A stretch of DNA of 62,580 bases from Nemertoderma westbladi (GCA_032718475.1 JAUCBJ010008004.1:1-62580); one strand, 5' to 3'. Positions 11,219-25,239 are shown, counted from the stretch's first letter. Notes: a model not told the origin generated them from the letters alone. Numbers and translations: made by a program.

Positions 11219-12824
11219 CAGTACCGCTTTCAAATAACGTCGTATTGGTTCCTAATAGGATCCTATTAGGATCCAAGTCACTGATTCACTACTATTGGAG
11301 TTAGGATTTAATTGGAAATGAAATTTAGCCCAAATTCCAGACTTGGAGGCACTTAGAATTTGACTTGGATTTCATTAGGAATTTACTTGGAAATCGGCGC
11401 TTACTTTGATGTCTGAAGGTGGAATGACTCAGACTATGCTTGTGCTGGTCTACTTCTTCTCTATCCTGTCAATCATTAAGTTGTATAGAATGGACTAGAC
11501 TCAGCCTAAAGTTTGCGTAGTGTTCAGTTCATTACATTGAGGTATGGATATCAATGGAAAATTACACTCCTCCTACTGTACCTTGTATTGCCAGCCTCTG
11601 ACGTAAATAATAATTATTTGAAATATAAACTCTAATAGATGAAATCCACACACATCCGCACATAGTTAACGTGTCCGTGGGCTGGTGGGCTCTGGAATAA
11701 TTTGAAATCGTATTGAACTTACAAATAAATTTAGGATCACACACTGTATTTATTACTATTCAACATATTTTGAGTAACAAAGAGTAAAACACAATGTTTG
11801 TGTAATTATTAATAGAATAAATATTAGTTTATTTTCATTTATTAGTTTAATTAACAATTAGACAGGGGCTAAAACTGGGCGACTAATTAAATGTATGTTA
11901 TCCACGGGAAATTCCTATACACATTGACATTCTGCTTACTATATACAAACACTGCTTGCTGTAAGAGGAGTACAGGGGTAGATAATTGGGTGTTCAATTA
12001 TTATTATAGTCTTAAAAATAAATATATTAGCAGCCCACTTACTGCCTAACACGCTGTATCTCATTGTGTAGTTAAATATCCGTTCGGCCAATAGTAAGTC
12101 ATTGATTAGTCCCCAAGGAGGGCTAGGGACTAGCCCCCGTATAGTTCCGTATTTAAACATAACACCCACAAAGCACATTACACTCTCCAAGCAGATTCCG
12201 CAACATGTCACAACCCGTATCGCTACCACTACGACAAATAAATGACATAACATCCTACAGGCATTAACAGAGTTTAGTGGTTTGTAACAAACTTAACCTC
12301 TTGGCATATTCATATTAATATTAATTATAAATTATATTTATTATACCATGGAAATGGTAAAATTGCCAGATCTAAAAAGTTCGCACAATAATTTAAATAA
12401 AATTATTAAAAGTTTGACGTCCGAATATAATCAGATTACGCTTTAGCAGCCCAACTACTTGTTGAGGCTCACTCAACGTGTTGGCGGGCCTATTTTACAC
12501 AAGCGGCGATCCTTTACCGTATGGTCAGTTAATGTGTCCAGATGTTGAGTTAAAGCCAGTAGTGTAAAACTTTGTAGCCTATGGGGAGTATTGTTGTAAG
12601 ATAAGTCAGGGGAAGGGAAATACAACTCAACCACTAGACAAAGCGGCTCTCTTTACTACTTTCAGCTATCCCGGGAGGTTGATTGACAGACACCTCTAGC
12701 TTTGATATTTAGCCGCTCTAGGTAGACTTACATTAGGCAAATTCCAAGTGATTTCCTAAAGGCTATTTATTTCCTATTAGGTTCCTATTAGGATCCAATA
12801 GGACGTTATTTGAAAGCGTTACTG
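11219..12824. mobile_element. Non-autonomous Tc1/mariner-type TIR element (1606 bp)
   Basis: TIRs of ~40 bp, CAGTACCGCTTTCAAATAACGTC... / ...GACGTTATTTGAAAGCGTTACTG. TA flanks at 11217-11218 and 12825-12826. No transposase ORF. Confidence 0.85.
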
Positions 12825-13645
12825 TAGTTATACCTTCTGTTAATCTGCTTTAGATTATCTTGATTAGTTATCTATTAGTTTCTTGTTACGTTTATGTATA
12901 TCCTTTTGTAATAAAAGTTAGAAATACTTGTTATATCAGCCTTTTTCCTGTCTGTTTTACTATGTTTCACCACGGTGAATGCCCCTAAAGAACAGGATGG
13001 CCGGCTAGACATCGGGCCGCAGCAGTGAACGGGAACATCGGGGAATGTGAACAGGAGACCGCCCACAATATCTATTCGAGTTATTCGCCCATCGCCTGAA
13101 GGTTAGACAGTGTTCGATGCTTCGCTACCTAAGTGTAAGACCTAAGATCGACGGTAGGAGTAGCGACACACTGTACGCCAAAATTTAAATTAAGAGCTGT
13201 ATTGTCCCAATTCTTGGAAAACCAGCAGAACCCCTTCATATTCCTACGGGAAGGAGAAAAGGAAAGTTAGACAGAGATACCCGTACGCAGATAGGACACA
13301 GGCACACCATTACCCGGCATGTACATTGATAGGGTGCAGCAAAACTGTACGCCTAACTCATTGTCAGGTATAGGTGCGTTGGTGGCTTGTCGGCAGTACA
13401 CGGTGTTTATTGCTTGCGTTGGAACTTGTAGGCCAGGAGAGGGTTGCTGTGTTTTCCCTGAATTGAGATTGTACCGTTCAGGCGGTAGGGCAGTTTATTG
13501 CTAGGCGCAAATAAATTAAGGCTATTAGGGATACTAACACCTACCGTGTCCCCGCCAACGTCCTGATAGGAAGTTACCCAGCCTACCTAGGTGACTAAAA
13601 TTCCAGATAAGAGCCAGGATAGCTATTTGTAACCGTACACCTACA

Positions 13646-13742
13646 GTAGTAAACTAACACATTTCTTCTTAGTATTAGGGACCTGGTAAATTAAATTGCC
13701 GAATTCTGGGTGTAGCATTAACCCTATGCCTGAATTTGAGTC
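13646..13742 (-). pseudogene. Possible host exon truncated by the LTR end
   Basis: Acceptor cttttgtgtatttccag| followed by open frame DSNSGIGLMLHPEFGNLIYQVPNTKKKCVSLL, which runs into TGTAG at 13645. Phase matches the candidate exon at 19485-19617. Confidence 0.3.
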
Positions 13743-14269
13743 CTGGAAATACACAAAAGGGGGAAGGAGCCTTGTCATTTGTAAGTATTGGACCTACAAG
13801 TTACCAAAATATTAGAATATTTGTAAAATAAACGCCGGAGCCAGTAAATGAGAGTATATGAAGGATAAAAATCAATTTTGACCTATGAAATAAAACACAC
13901 GCGCGTTTAGGAATTATTTACACCTCAAAATATATAAAATAATTTGTTCACACTGCGGATTTTCCCGCTAGTTATATTTGTAGCTAGCGCTTTTTCATCA
14001 TATAAATCACACCGCGGCAAAGTATACGAGCACCCTTAGTCCGTCAGTGAGTCAGCCCGATTTTAGGATTCGCTGCGCGGGATTTTGTTTTATCGAAGTT
14101 TGTCCGTTCGTAGACTGTTTTCTGCCTCACCGGTTATAAGAGACCGATACTGCAATAGGTTCGCTTACTTGGAGTTTACTGTTTTGGTGAGAAGGTCGGA
14201 TTTGTGCTTTGATTCACAGACTCTATAGTATGATATTGCAGGATTCGTGTATTTGTTACTGTCTCTTCA

Positions 14270-17200
14270 TTTAGTTTTACTAAATAAAATATAGTTCGCC
14301 TTAGTTGTACTAAATAAAATATAGTTCGCCTTAGTTTTACTAAATAAAATATAGTTCGCCTTAGTTGTACTAAATAAAATATAGTTCGCCTTAGTTGTAC
14401 TAAATAAAATATAGTTCGCCTTAGTTGTACTAAATAAAATATAGTTCGCCTTAGTTGTACTAAATAAAATATAGTTCGCCTTAGTTGTACTAAATAAAAT
14501 ATAGTTCGCCTTAGTTGTACTAAATAAAATATAGTTCGCCTTAGTTGTACTAAATAAAATATAGTTCGCCTTAGTTGTACTAAATAAAATATAGTTCGCC
14601 TTAGTTTTACTAAATAAAATATAGTTCGCCTTAGTTGTACTAAATAAAATATAGTTCGCCTTAGTTGTACTAAATAAAATATGGTTCGCCGTAGTTGTAC
14701 TAAATAAAATATAGTTCGCCTTAGTTTTACTAAATAAAATATAGTTCGCCTTAGTTTTACTAAATAAAATATAGTTCGCCTTAGTTTTACTAAATAAAAT
14801 ATAGTTCGCCTTAGTTTTACTAAATAAAATATAGTTCGCCTTAGTTGTAATAAATAAAATATAGTTCGCCTTAGTTTTACTAAATACAATATAGTTCGCC
14901 TTAGTTGTAATAAATAAAATATAGTTAGCCTTAGTTGTAATAAATATAATATAGTTCGCCTTAGTTTTACTAAATAAAATATAGTTCGCCTTAGTTTTAC
15001 TAAATAAAATATAGTTCGCCTTAGTTGTACTAAATAAAATATAGTTCGCCTTAGTTGTACTTAATAAAATATAGTTCGCCTTAGTTGTACTTAATAAAAT
15101 ATAGTTCGCCTTAGTTGTAATAAATAAATTATAGTTCGCCTTAGTTTTACTAAATAAAATATAGTTCGCCTTAGTTGTACTAAATAAAATATAGTTCGCC
15201 TTAGTTGTAGTAAATAAAATATAGTTCGCCTTAGTTGTACTAAATAAAATATAGTTCGCCGTAGTTGTACTAAATAAAATATAGTTCGCCTTAGTTGTAA
15301 TAAATAAAATATAGTTCGCCTTTGTTCTACTAAATAAAATATAGTTCGCCTTAGTTGTAATAAATAAAATATAGTTCGCCTTAGTTGTACTAAATAAAAT
15401 ATAGTTCGCCTTAGTTGTAATAAATAAAATATAGTTCGCCTTAGTTGTAATAAATAAAATATAGTTCGCCGTAGTTGTACTAAATAAAATATAGTTCGCC
15501 TTAGTTGTAATAAATAAAATATAGTTCGCCTTAGTTGTAATAAATAAAATATAGTTCGCCTTTGTTTTACTAAATAAAATATAGTTCGCCTTAGTTGTAC
15601 TAAATAAAATATAGTTCGGCTTAGTTGTACTAAATAAAATATAGTTCGCCTCAGTTGTACTAAATAAAATATAGTTCGCCTTAGTTGTACTAAATAAAAT
15701 ATAGTTCGCCTTAGTTGTACTAAATAAAATATAGTTCGCCTTAGTTGTAATAAATAAAATATAGTTCGCCTTAGTTTTACTAAATAAAATATAGTTCGCC
15801 TTAGTTGTACTAAATAAAATATAGTTCGGCTTAGTTGTACTAAATAAAATATAGTTTGCCTTAGTTGTACTAAATAAAATATAGTTCGCCTTAGTTGTAC
15901 TAAATAAAATATAGTTCGCCGTAGTTGTACTAAATAAAATATAGTTCGCCTTAGTTGTAATAAATAAAATATAGTTCGCCTTAGTTGTACTAAATAAAAT
16001 ATAGTTCGCCTTAGTTGTACTAAATAAAATATAGTTCGCCGTACTTGTACTAAATAAAATATAGTTCGCCTTAGTTGTAATAAATAAAATATAGTTCGCC
16101 TTAGTTGTACTAAATAAAATATAGTTCGCCTTTGTTCTACTAAATAAAATATAGTTCGCCTTAGTTGTAATAAATAAAATATAGTTCGCCTTAGTTGTAC
16201 TAAATAAAATATAGTTCGCCTTAGTTGTACTAAATAAAATATAGTTCGCCGTAGTTGTACTAAATAAAATATAGTTCGCCTTAGTTGTAATAAATAAAAT
16301 ATAGTTCGCCTTAGTTGTACTAAATAAAATATAGTTCGCCTTTGTTCTACTAAATAAAATATAGTTCGCCTTAGTTGTAATAAATAAAATATAGTTCGCC
16401 TTAGTTGTACTAAATAAAATATAGTTCGCCTTAGTTGTAATAAATAAAATATAGTTCGCCTTAGTTGTAATAAATAAAATATAGTTCGCCGTAGTTGTAC
16501 TAAATAAAATATAGTTCGCCTTAGTTGTAATAAATAAAATATAGTTCGCCTTAGTTGTAATAAATAAAATATAGTTCGCCTTAGTTTTACTAAACAAAAT
16601 ATAGTTCGCCTTAGTTGTACTAAATAAAATATAGTTCGGCTTAGTTGTACTAAATAAAATATAGTTCGCCTTAGTTGTACTAAATAAAATATAGTTCGCC
16701 TTAGTTGTACTAAATAAAATATAGTTCGCCTTAGTTGTACTAAATAAAATATAGTTCGCCTTAGTTGTAATAAATAAAATATAGTTCGCCTTAGTTTTAC
16801 TAAATAAAATATAGTTCGCCTTAGTTGTACTAAATAAAATATAGTTCGGCTTAGTTGTACTAAATAAAATATAGTTCGCCTTAGTTTTACTAAATAAAAT
16901 ATAGTTCGCCTTAGTTGTAATAAATAAAATATAGTTCGCCTTAGTTTTACTAAATAAAATATAGTTCGCCTTAGTTGTACTAAATAAAATATAGTTCGGC
17001 TTAGTTGTACTAAATAAAATATAGTTCGCCTTAGTTTTACTAAATAAAATATAGTTCGCCTTAGTTGTACTAAATAAAATATAGTTCGCCTTAGTTTTAC
17101 TAAATAAAATATAGTTCGCCTTAGTTGTAAAAAATAAAATATAGTTCGCCTTAGTTGTACTTAATAAAATATAGTTCGCCGTAGTAGTACTTAATAAAAT

Positions 17201-18890
17201 ATAGTTCGCCGTAGTTGTACTTAATAAAATATAGTTCGCCTTAGTTGTACTAAATAAAATATAGTTCGCCTTAGTTGTACTTAATAAAATATAGTTCGCC
17301 TTAGTTGCACTTAATAAAATATAGTTCGCCGTAGTAGTACTAAATAAAATATAGTTCGCCTTAGTTATACTAAATAAAATATAGTTCGCCTTAGTTGTAC
17401 TAAATAAAATATAGTTCGCCTTAGTTGTACTTAATAAAATATAGTTCGCCTTAGTTGTACTTAATAAAATATAGTTCGCCTTAGTTGTACTAAATAAAAT
17501 ATAGTTCGCCTTAGTTGTACTTAATAAAATATAGTTCGCCGTAGTTGTACTAAATAAAATATAGTTCGCCTTAGTTGTAATAAATAAAATATAGTTCGCC
17601 TTAGTTGTACTAAATAAAATATAGTTCGCCTTTGTTCTACTAAATAAAATATAGTTCGCCTTAGTTGTAATAAATAAAATATAGTTCGCCTTAGTTGTAC
17701 CAAATAAAATATAGTTCGCCTTAGTTGTAATAAATAAAATATAGTTCGCCTTAGTTGTAATAAATAAAATATAGTTCGCCGTAGTTGTACTAAATAAAAT
17801 ATAGTTCGCCTTAGTTGTAATAAATAAAATATAGTTCGCCTTAGTTGTAATAAATAAAATATAGTTCGCCTTAGTTTTACTAAACAAAATATAGTTCGCC
17901 TTAGTTGTACTAAATAAAATATAGTTCGGCTTAGTTGTACTAAATAAAATATAGTTCGCCTTAGTTGTACTAAATAAAATATAGTTCGCCTTAGTTGTAC
18001 TAAATAAAATATAGTTCGCCTTAGTTGTACTAAATAAAATATAGTTCGCCTTAGTTGTAATAAATAAAATATAGTTCGCCTTAGTTTTACTAAATAAAAT
18101 ATAGTTCGCCTTAGTTGTACTAAATAAAATATAGTTCGGCTTAGTTGTACTAAATAAAATATAGTTCGCCTTAGTTTTACTAAATAAAATATAGTTCGCC
18201 TTAGTTGTAATAAATAAAATATAGTTCGCCTTAGTTTTACTAAATAAAATATAGTTCGCCTTAGTTGTACTAAATAAAATATAGTTCGGCTTAGTTGTAC
18301 TAAATAAAATATAGTTCGCCTTAGTTTTACTAAATAAAATATAGTTCGCCTTAGTTGTACTAAATAAAATATAGTTCGCCTTAGTTTTACTAAATAAAAT
18401 ATAGTTCGCCTTAGTTGTAAAAAATAAAATATAGTTCGCCTTAGTTGTACTTAATAAAATATAGTTCGCCGTAGTAGTACTTAATAAAATATAGTTCGCC
18501 GTAGTTGTACTTAATAAAATATAGTTCGCCTTAGTTGTACTAAATAAAATATAGTTCGCCTTAGTTGTACTTAATAAAATATAGTTCGCCTTAGTTGCAC
18601 TTAATAAAATATAGTTCGCCGTAGCAGTACTAAATAAAATATAGTTCGCCTTAGTTATACTAAATAAAATATAGTTCGCCTTAGTTGTACTAAATAAAAT
18701 ATAGTTCGCCTTAGTTGTACTTAATAAAATATAGTTCGCCTTAGTTGTACTTAATAAAATATAGTTCGCCTTAGTTGTACTAAATAAAATATAGTTCGCC
18801 TTAGTTGTACTTAATAAAATATAGTTCGCCTTAGTTGTACTTAATAAAATATAGTTCGGCTTAGTTGTACTAAATAAAATATAGTTCAAC
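14270..18890. repeat. 30-bp satellite, ~154 copies (TTAGTTGTACTAAATAAAATATAGTTCGCC) with a 1290-bp higher-order duplication
   Basis: Exact 30-bp periodicity. Rare variants recur 1290 bp apart (16591/17881, 17131/18421, 17301/18591). Confidence 0.98.
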
Positions 18891-19206
18891 TTCAAAACAA
18901 CTTCAGTGTGAAAGCAAATCTACTGAGTTTCCAACTCTGAATATTTCAAATACTAAAGGGACGGTAGTGATAACCACCCCCCCCCCCCCCCCCCCCCCCT
19001 CTCCTACCTATAGGGCCTATTCTATATGAATTGAGCAATAGAGTGTTATTACTTTTATCAACTCAGTTGAAATGGCAAGTGAAACAAAAAAAGAATTCAC
19101 GTAAATTAAAAAACAAAGATTAGTAGATTATATTTAAAAGATATTATCTCTCACTACTTTATATTATTAGAACTTTTGTTGGGCAAAGTTTTGCAAAGTA
19201 AGCAAT

Positions 19207-19268
19207 GACGTCCAGGTGGGATCGAACTGGTGACACCCAGGTTGCTCTAACCATTCTGCTAGCGGCTC
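19207..19268 (-). mobile_element. tRNA-derived SINE head (internally deleted copy)
   Basis: Minus strand GAGCCGCTAGCAGAATGGTTAGAGC...CACCAGTTCGATCCCACC; same family as 22361-22432. Confidence 0.65.
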
Positions 19269-19484
19269 AGATTCAATTCACTTTATACACTACTTTATAT
19301 GATAGACTATAAGTGTCAGGGAGAATCATTAATTACTTAATCAAACATCAACATAATCATTATTATCACAATAATTAATCATTGATTTCCCGCAAACTAA
19401 TTAGGAATTAGATTACCCATGGAATACTAAATATAGATTGTATATTATGAATATAGAATGTATATTTAGTATTCCATGGGTTAC

Positions 19485-19617
19485 CTGATGTATCTTTGTC
19501 CAGACAGCCGGTGGTACAATAGAAGGGGGTGCGTTAGTGTTACACCAGACTTCAGCTGCTGTTGTTGTACCAGTGTAGTTAGAATATAGTGGAGTTGTTG
19601 CCATGGTTACCGTGTAC
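19485..19617 (-). CDS. Candidate isolated exon, Ig-like C...W pattern (YTVTMATTPLYSNYTGTTTAAEVWCNTNAPPSIVPPAVWTKIHQ)
   Basis: Bounded by tctctattacag| and cag|gtaacc, open frame, GC-richer than its flanks. The Ig-like assignment is inference. Confidence 0.35.
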
Positions 19618-21024
19618 CTGTAATAGAGAATACCGCCAGCGACCCGTGAACAAGAAGTCTAAGGTGAATTAATGAATTAAATAATGATTGACATTGAAAT
19701 TAAGAAGAAGTTGTGAATAATAACTTGTTCGTTTTCTTTATTTTGTTATATTATCGCAACCTAATGTATCAGCGTTTTTTGTGAAACCCTCGAAACGCTA
19801 ACAAGTATCACTTTGCCGCAAAAGGTAATGTAGAATGTACTGTAACGCAGCAAAAGTAATAACTTATAAACGACTCGGGGCGACTCGCCCCCGCCCACCG
19901 CCCCCCCTACGCGACGCCACTGCCCGCCTCCCGCATCAATGTTAAATTCTCAATTTAGGGAAAGGAGCATGTTACAGTGGCACGTTATTTTAACCAAAAC
20001 AAAAACTAAACACAATAGAACAAGGTTACAGTTTTATTTTTGAGAGTAATCAGCTGTTATTTGCGTCGAATTTCCCCTGGAGAGGGATGAATTTCTGGAC
20101 CAATGATCGTTTTTACTATGCCTATCATTTAGCATTATGTGCTTGGGGTTGTAACGACACGATCTAATATAACTTTATAAGAATAATTTCACAGTCGATT
20201 AATTTGATATGCATGAATCGTATACTGCATGGCAGGCGGTTTAGGAAAACTGTCTGAGTTCGGGTGGTCTCATTCGAGTATAATAAAATACTAAGCATTG
20301 GTTATTAGGAGACTTAACGGTAGTAAGAAAAGTAACTTTAGAGAAATACAATAATTGATGGCCAGATAACAAATAAAAACTCTTTATTATAAATACAATT
20401 GACGTGTATATCGTCATAGGGTATTGACCAGTTAATAAATATAATTATAGGAAAGTCTTTGGAAGGAATCCACTCACTACAATAAGTTGGGGAAACTGTA
20501 GGAGAAACAGGCAGTTGTAAAGTTGTTGTTGAGATTTATTGACATGTTAATTATTATCAAGGTGATGTTGCTTTATGAAATGAATTTATAAAATTAATAA
20601 ATCTGATAATTGAATTTCACATATACATGTCATATGAACCACTAGGAACCACCGGCCAACTGGATAATAAAATTGGATGAAAAGGGTTCAGAAAAAGTTA
20701 CTTATCTTCAAGTAAAAACTAACATTTCTGGTAAAGCTGTAAAGTATGGACATTTACTCAGGGACTGCAGGGCAAATGTCAAATTTCTTCAAACCAATAA
20801 TATTGGAAATGGTTTATGATAGTAGTACCTATTTTATAATAGCGAAATCAACTTACTTTTTGCTAAAGTTCCTCTGAAGTTTTGCTAAAGTTTCATGAAT
20901 TACTTTTTCTAAACTAATTCATGAAACTTAGTTGAATTGAAGAAAATAATTAACTTCCTTCCAACCAGATTTTATTTAAGTTCTGTGGTCAAATTTTTGT
21001 AGATTCGAGGTATCTCATGGGGAA

Positions 21025-21250
21025 CTAGCCAATCAGAGCCAAGCATACAGGAAGCTCATGGGAAGTTAGCCATTCAGAGCCAAGTATACCGAGAGCCCCT
21101 GAGAAAGTAGCCATTCAGAGCCAATCATACCGAGAGCCCCTGGGAAATTAGCCATTCAGGGCCAAGTATACCGAGAGCCCCTGGGAAATTGCCATTCAGA
21201 GCCAAGTATACCGAGAGCCCCTGGGAAATTGCCATTCAGAGCCAAGCATA
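21025..21250. repeat. ~40-41-bp minisatellite, ~5.5 copies (GCCATTCAGAGCCAAGTATACCGAGAGCCCCTGGGAAATT)
   Basis: Direct tandem copies; the first contains CCAATCAG. Confidence 0.9.
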
Positions 21251-22360
21251 ATAGTGCATATTATTACCGGTATATGTAAATTCAACTTTCATTTTCTTAT
21301 TTTTCATACTTTCTATTTGGCATCAATAAGTGAGGAACTCTTTCCTCTTGGGAGGACAGAAAGGCGCTATTTCAGCATCAGAGACTGGGGATTCGTTTAA
21401 TTTATTCTAGCATTGACGTTATATTAATCAATCACACTGCACTGGGGCACATCTACTTAATTTAATTTAAAATTTCCCATCTACTTCTTGAATTAGTATA
21501 ATATTTTTCTTCAATTGCAGGTTGATCTCTTGATAGTTACCTGATGAACAACGAGTAAAATATAACAATGGCTTTCAGCGAACAATAATTCTTCCAACAA
21601 TTAATAATTGAACGCGCCTATATCTCAACATGTTTTGAATCCTGGCAACGCAAAGCTTTCTAATGATATAAATAGATCACGGCTAATGTGAAGAATATAG
21701 CCTCAGGGAAATTTCAAATTTGCGAAAATTTCGCAAAAGACACTTTTAAAACGCCTAAAATATAATATACCACCTAAAATGTTAATCGAAAATTCCGGCT
21801 TTATGGGGTCCTTCCTACGGCGAGTTGATCTAGTTGTGTTGCAAATTTCAAGAAAAGAGAAAGATTTGTAGAAATTTTTTTTTTTTTTGGGGGGGGGGGG
21901 GGGGGGTGGGGGTCATCAGAAAATGACACCATTTTACGGGTCATGGTCTAGGCCTACTTGCATGCGAAATTGCGAAATAGTACATTACAGTAGTTTACGG
22001 TTATCCAAGTGAATTGTTACACGAACGAACGTAGTGAGTGAAGTAAATAAAGACACGAGAAACAGATTACTATGCAAAGGACAAATATGGGTAGTTTTAT
22101 AGAAAATTTCAAATATTACGAAACAACTAATGAAGAAAACAAAACTGCATTAATATGAAAATATTATAAAAAAAGTGTAATACTGAATCAAATCAACTTC
22201 ACAAGCTGGGAGATTCCGGGATAAAATGTGGAGAAAAGAAAGTGGTTGGATAGTTACTGAGTTTTCATCCTTGGGCGTTAATTTGGAATTACCAGACTTA
22301 CTTAGATAATAGCCATGAGAGTGGTGACCTCGGGGTGTCTCGTTTTATATTAGATTTACA

Positions 22361-22432
22361 TGGTCGAGGTGGGATCGAACTGGTGACCTCCACGATGGAA
22401 GTCTGACGCTCCAACCATTCCGCTAGCGGCTC
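22361..22432 (-). mobile_element. tRNA-derived SINE head
   Basis: Minus strand GAGCCGCTAGCGGAATGGTTGGAGCG...GGTCACCAGTTCGATCCCACCTCGACCA with A and B boxes; a second copy is at 19207. Confidence 0.7.
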
Positions 22433-22894
22433 AGATAAATGGCAGACCTACCTAATATTTTGTTATCAGTCTCGTCTTCAGGGGGTTAGTTTCTAAACAA
22501 CATGGCTAGAAGGTCGGATGGAGAATTTACTCCCATGGAATATCGCAATTGATCAACAATTGATAGCTCATTCCAACCTGCGGACGCCGGGTTCAAACCC
22601 CAATAGTGTCGGTTGACGGTTGATTTTAATAAACTGTCACTCAACTACAAACAAACCATTAGGGCCGCCATATAATTAATACAAATTTACTGAGTAATAC
22701 CCATATGAACCCGTTTGAGAGTACTATTATACTTGGCTTTGTTAGCCTGGGAACACTAAAAGGGAATAAAATTAGCATAAAAAGATATAATAATATAGGA
22801 AACTATATTTTAATATAATGTTATTAGCACAATTAAAGTAGTATTACTAAGGGATAGGATCGGATACGATATGATACGAAAATACGATAAGATA

Positions 22895-25239
22895 TATGGG
22901 TCAATAAGCTTAAAAGTGGCCAAAAAGGGGTACAAATTGACCAAAAAATTTTTGTCGGAAATTAGTGCCATACCATACGAAAGATAATTTCAAGGAGAAT
23001 CTTGTGATGGTAGAGGGAGAGCATGACGCGCTGCTCAAAGGGAGATATATGGCAAAAACTAATGTCATATCTGTAACGTTTTTGTCTACCACTGTAACGC
23101 ATTACAGTGATGACATTTTTGGGACAAACGTCTGTAACGGCCATCTGTAACGGTAATTATGTTATATGGATTTTGCAGTATTTATAACTTATTGCTTCGA
23201 CAATAAGGTAATTTATTGGACAAACATCTGTAACAAACAGCGATATCAGTCCATAACCATCGCATCCACTAAATTATATTTACTTAATACACATGATTTC
23301 CAATAAATAGAAAAAGTTTTTCATTAACATTTTTCTGTGTAACCGATAATCTTGTTTTACACGATTTTTTTATCCCGTTTTAAATTTTCTCTATCGCGCC
23401 GCTAATTATATGCTTGTTTAAAATACTCTGTATAACAACCGCGGTCCATTTTTCCTCTGTACTTATTTAACCGCTCCCTGGCGTTTCTCTGCAACTGATT
23501 CAGAGACGTCCATTACCTTATCCAATAAACGGATCTGACTAAACTTATCACAATAATATAAGTAGTGCACAAGTCCTTCATGTAAGTCAGTCAGTGAGTG
23601 ATGTTAAGCCAATGATTTAGAAATTGATAGTAAAATATAGGGCATAGGCCTTTTATATGCTATGAGGATCATTGCTGTCAGCATTGTTGTAATAAATTAC
23701 GCGCCTATGCAGGGAAGCCTAATAACGAAAAACGCAAAACGAAACAGGGCAAAGTACCGTCTGTACAATATATTGTATGTTAAAAAAAACACTGTTTGTA
23801 GGAAATGTATCTTCTACAATTCTAAACGAAATAAAGCGAAATTCTGCAAAAAGCACATTTTATTTATAGGCCTACTTTTAAAATTTATAAGAATATTTAT
23901 TTAAAAAATATATTTGCAATTAATTCCTAAATTATTTACCACGGAGCCAGAAGCTCTGGATTCATAAAATTTCATATGTGAAGTGAATCTGCGCTTTACT
24001 CCCCAGAATCCACAATCACCTCTTCCCGGATAGAGATAAACATGAATCCGTGTTTTACTCCCCTTACGGGAGGATCCAGTAACACTCCAGCAACAATTCA
24101 AATTAGATTGAATTCGCATTTTGCATTCATTTCTGGATTTCATGAAAACCAGGATCCGCGTTTTAACCTCAAAATTCGAGAACCGATCCGGATCCTGCAT
24201 CCGGTTCCGCGTTTTACACTTACCCATCTTACACTACCACATTACCATGAGCAGTTAGGAGGTCAGTAGGAAGACGAAGAACGTATCAAACGCGTAGGCA
24301 TTCAAATATTGACAGTGATGCCTTATTGTATTTCAGGGTGACCCTCCGTTACAGATAGGACTGTCATATAGATATGACTGAAAACCTACAGTCTGTAACG
24401 CATCGATAACTGGTTATATAATGCGTTACAGATGAGACATGCCCTATCTGTAACGCACTGCACTGTAACGGTGACGCGTTACAGATGGTTGACAAAAACG
24501 CTTACCACCGCCATACATCATAGGTGTTTATTTATCACATTAACTCTTGGGGTTAATGCGGCATAAATTCAAATTGCCTTTCCACACGTACCATTATACT
24601 TGTATGAGATTAATATTATCAAAATCTATGGCCACATTTGTAGCGTTACAGATATGGACGTTTATGCTTTCAATATTGACTTTGTTAAACATAAATGCTT
24701 CCCAAATGAGATGACCTTACCCTTTGTATGTGATATTTGGCCTATATATGTTAGAAACCCTGTAGATTCTAAATATATCAAAACTGTAAACCTACAGTTA
24801 CTACTTCAGATTCTAGACGTAAATGTTACAGATGTGACACAAAAATTGAAAAATCCATGCCCATTTTATGTATCGATCTCAAATGGTTCAACATGAATAT
24901 TATGGCCTGAAATATATCGGAAAAGAAAGCAAAACATCTAAGCTTCCCAACAATATATAGGTTTTCTATATATTTGCCACTTGGGAGTGATAAAATTTAC
25001 AGTTGTTTGTGGTCTTGTCACGTAAGGGACAACTGATTTTCACGATATTTCAGTCTTTAATGGGGCATATCTTTTGACTGCCTTAACAGATTTTGATAAC
25101 TTTTAGTGCGTAAGCTGCGCAAATAAATTAGCTACAAAATAATATATAACTTTATTATATACGAATAAATTAAAGCATTTAAAATTATATCGTAACTTCC
25201 GGACAAACCATTGGCCACTTTTAAGCTTATTGACCCATA
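22895..25239. mobile_element. Non-autonomous TIR DNA transposon (~2.35 kb), TA-flanked
   Basis: Perfect ~29-bp TIR TATGGGTCAATAAGCTTAAAAGTGGCCAA. CTGTAAC motifs on the left are mirrored by GTTACAG on the right. Removing the element rebuilds the host motif AAGATACGA. Confidence 0.8.

Larger units (their letters stand above)
10770..13645 (+). mobile_element. Probable 3' LTR of the plus-strand BEL/Pao element (start uncertain: ~10770 or 7742)
   Basis: CCAAT boxes at ~11054-11118, TATATAAA at ~11193, AATAAA at ~12910, terminus CTACA at 13641-13645. PPT-like GGAGCGG occurs at ~7731 (followed by TGTAG at 7742) and at ~10766. Confidence 0.45.

Noticed and set aside
14267-18895. 1542-aa ORF (TTKANYILFS repeats) and the overlapping 237-aa ORF
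   Set aside because: Translation of a 30-bp satellite that has no stop in that frame; no ATG start and no unique domain.
10901-22432. Functional tRNA genes at 10901, 19207 and 22361
   Set aside because: A/B boxes are present but cloverleaf stems do not pair; treated as tRNA-derived repeats.
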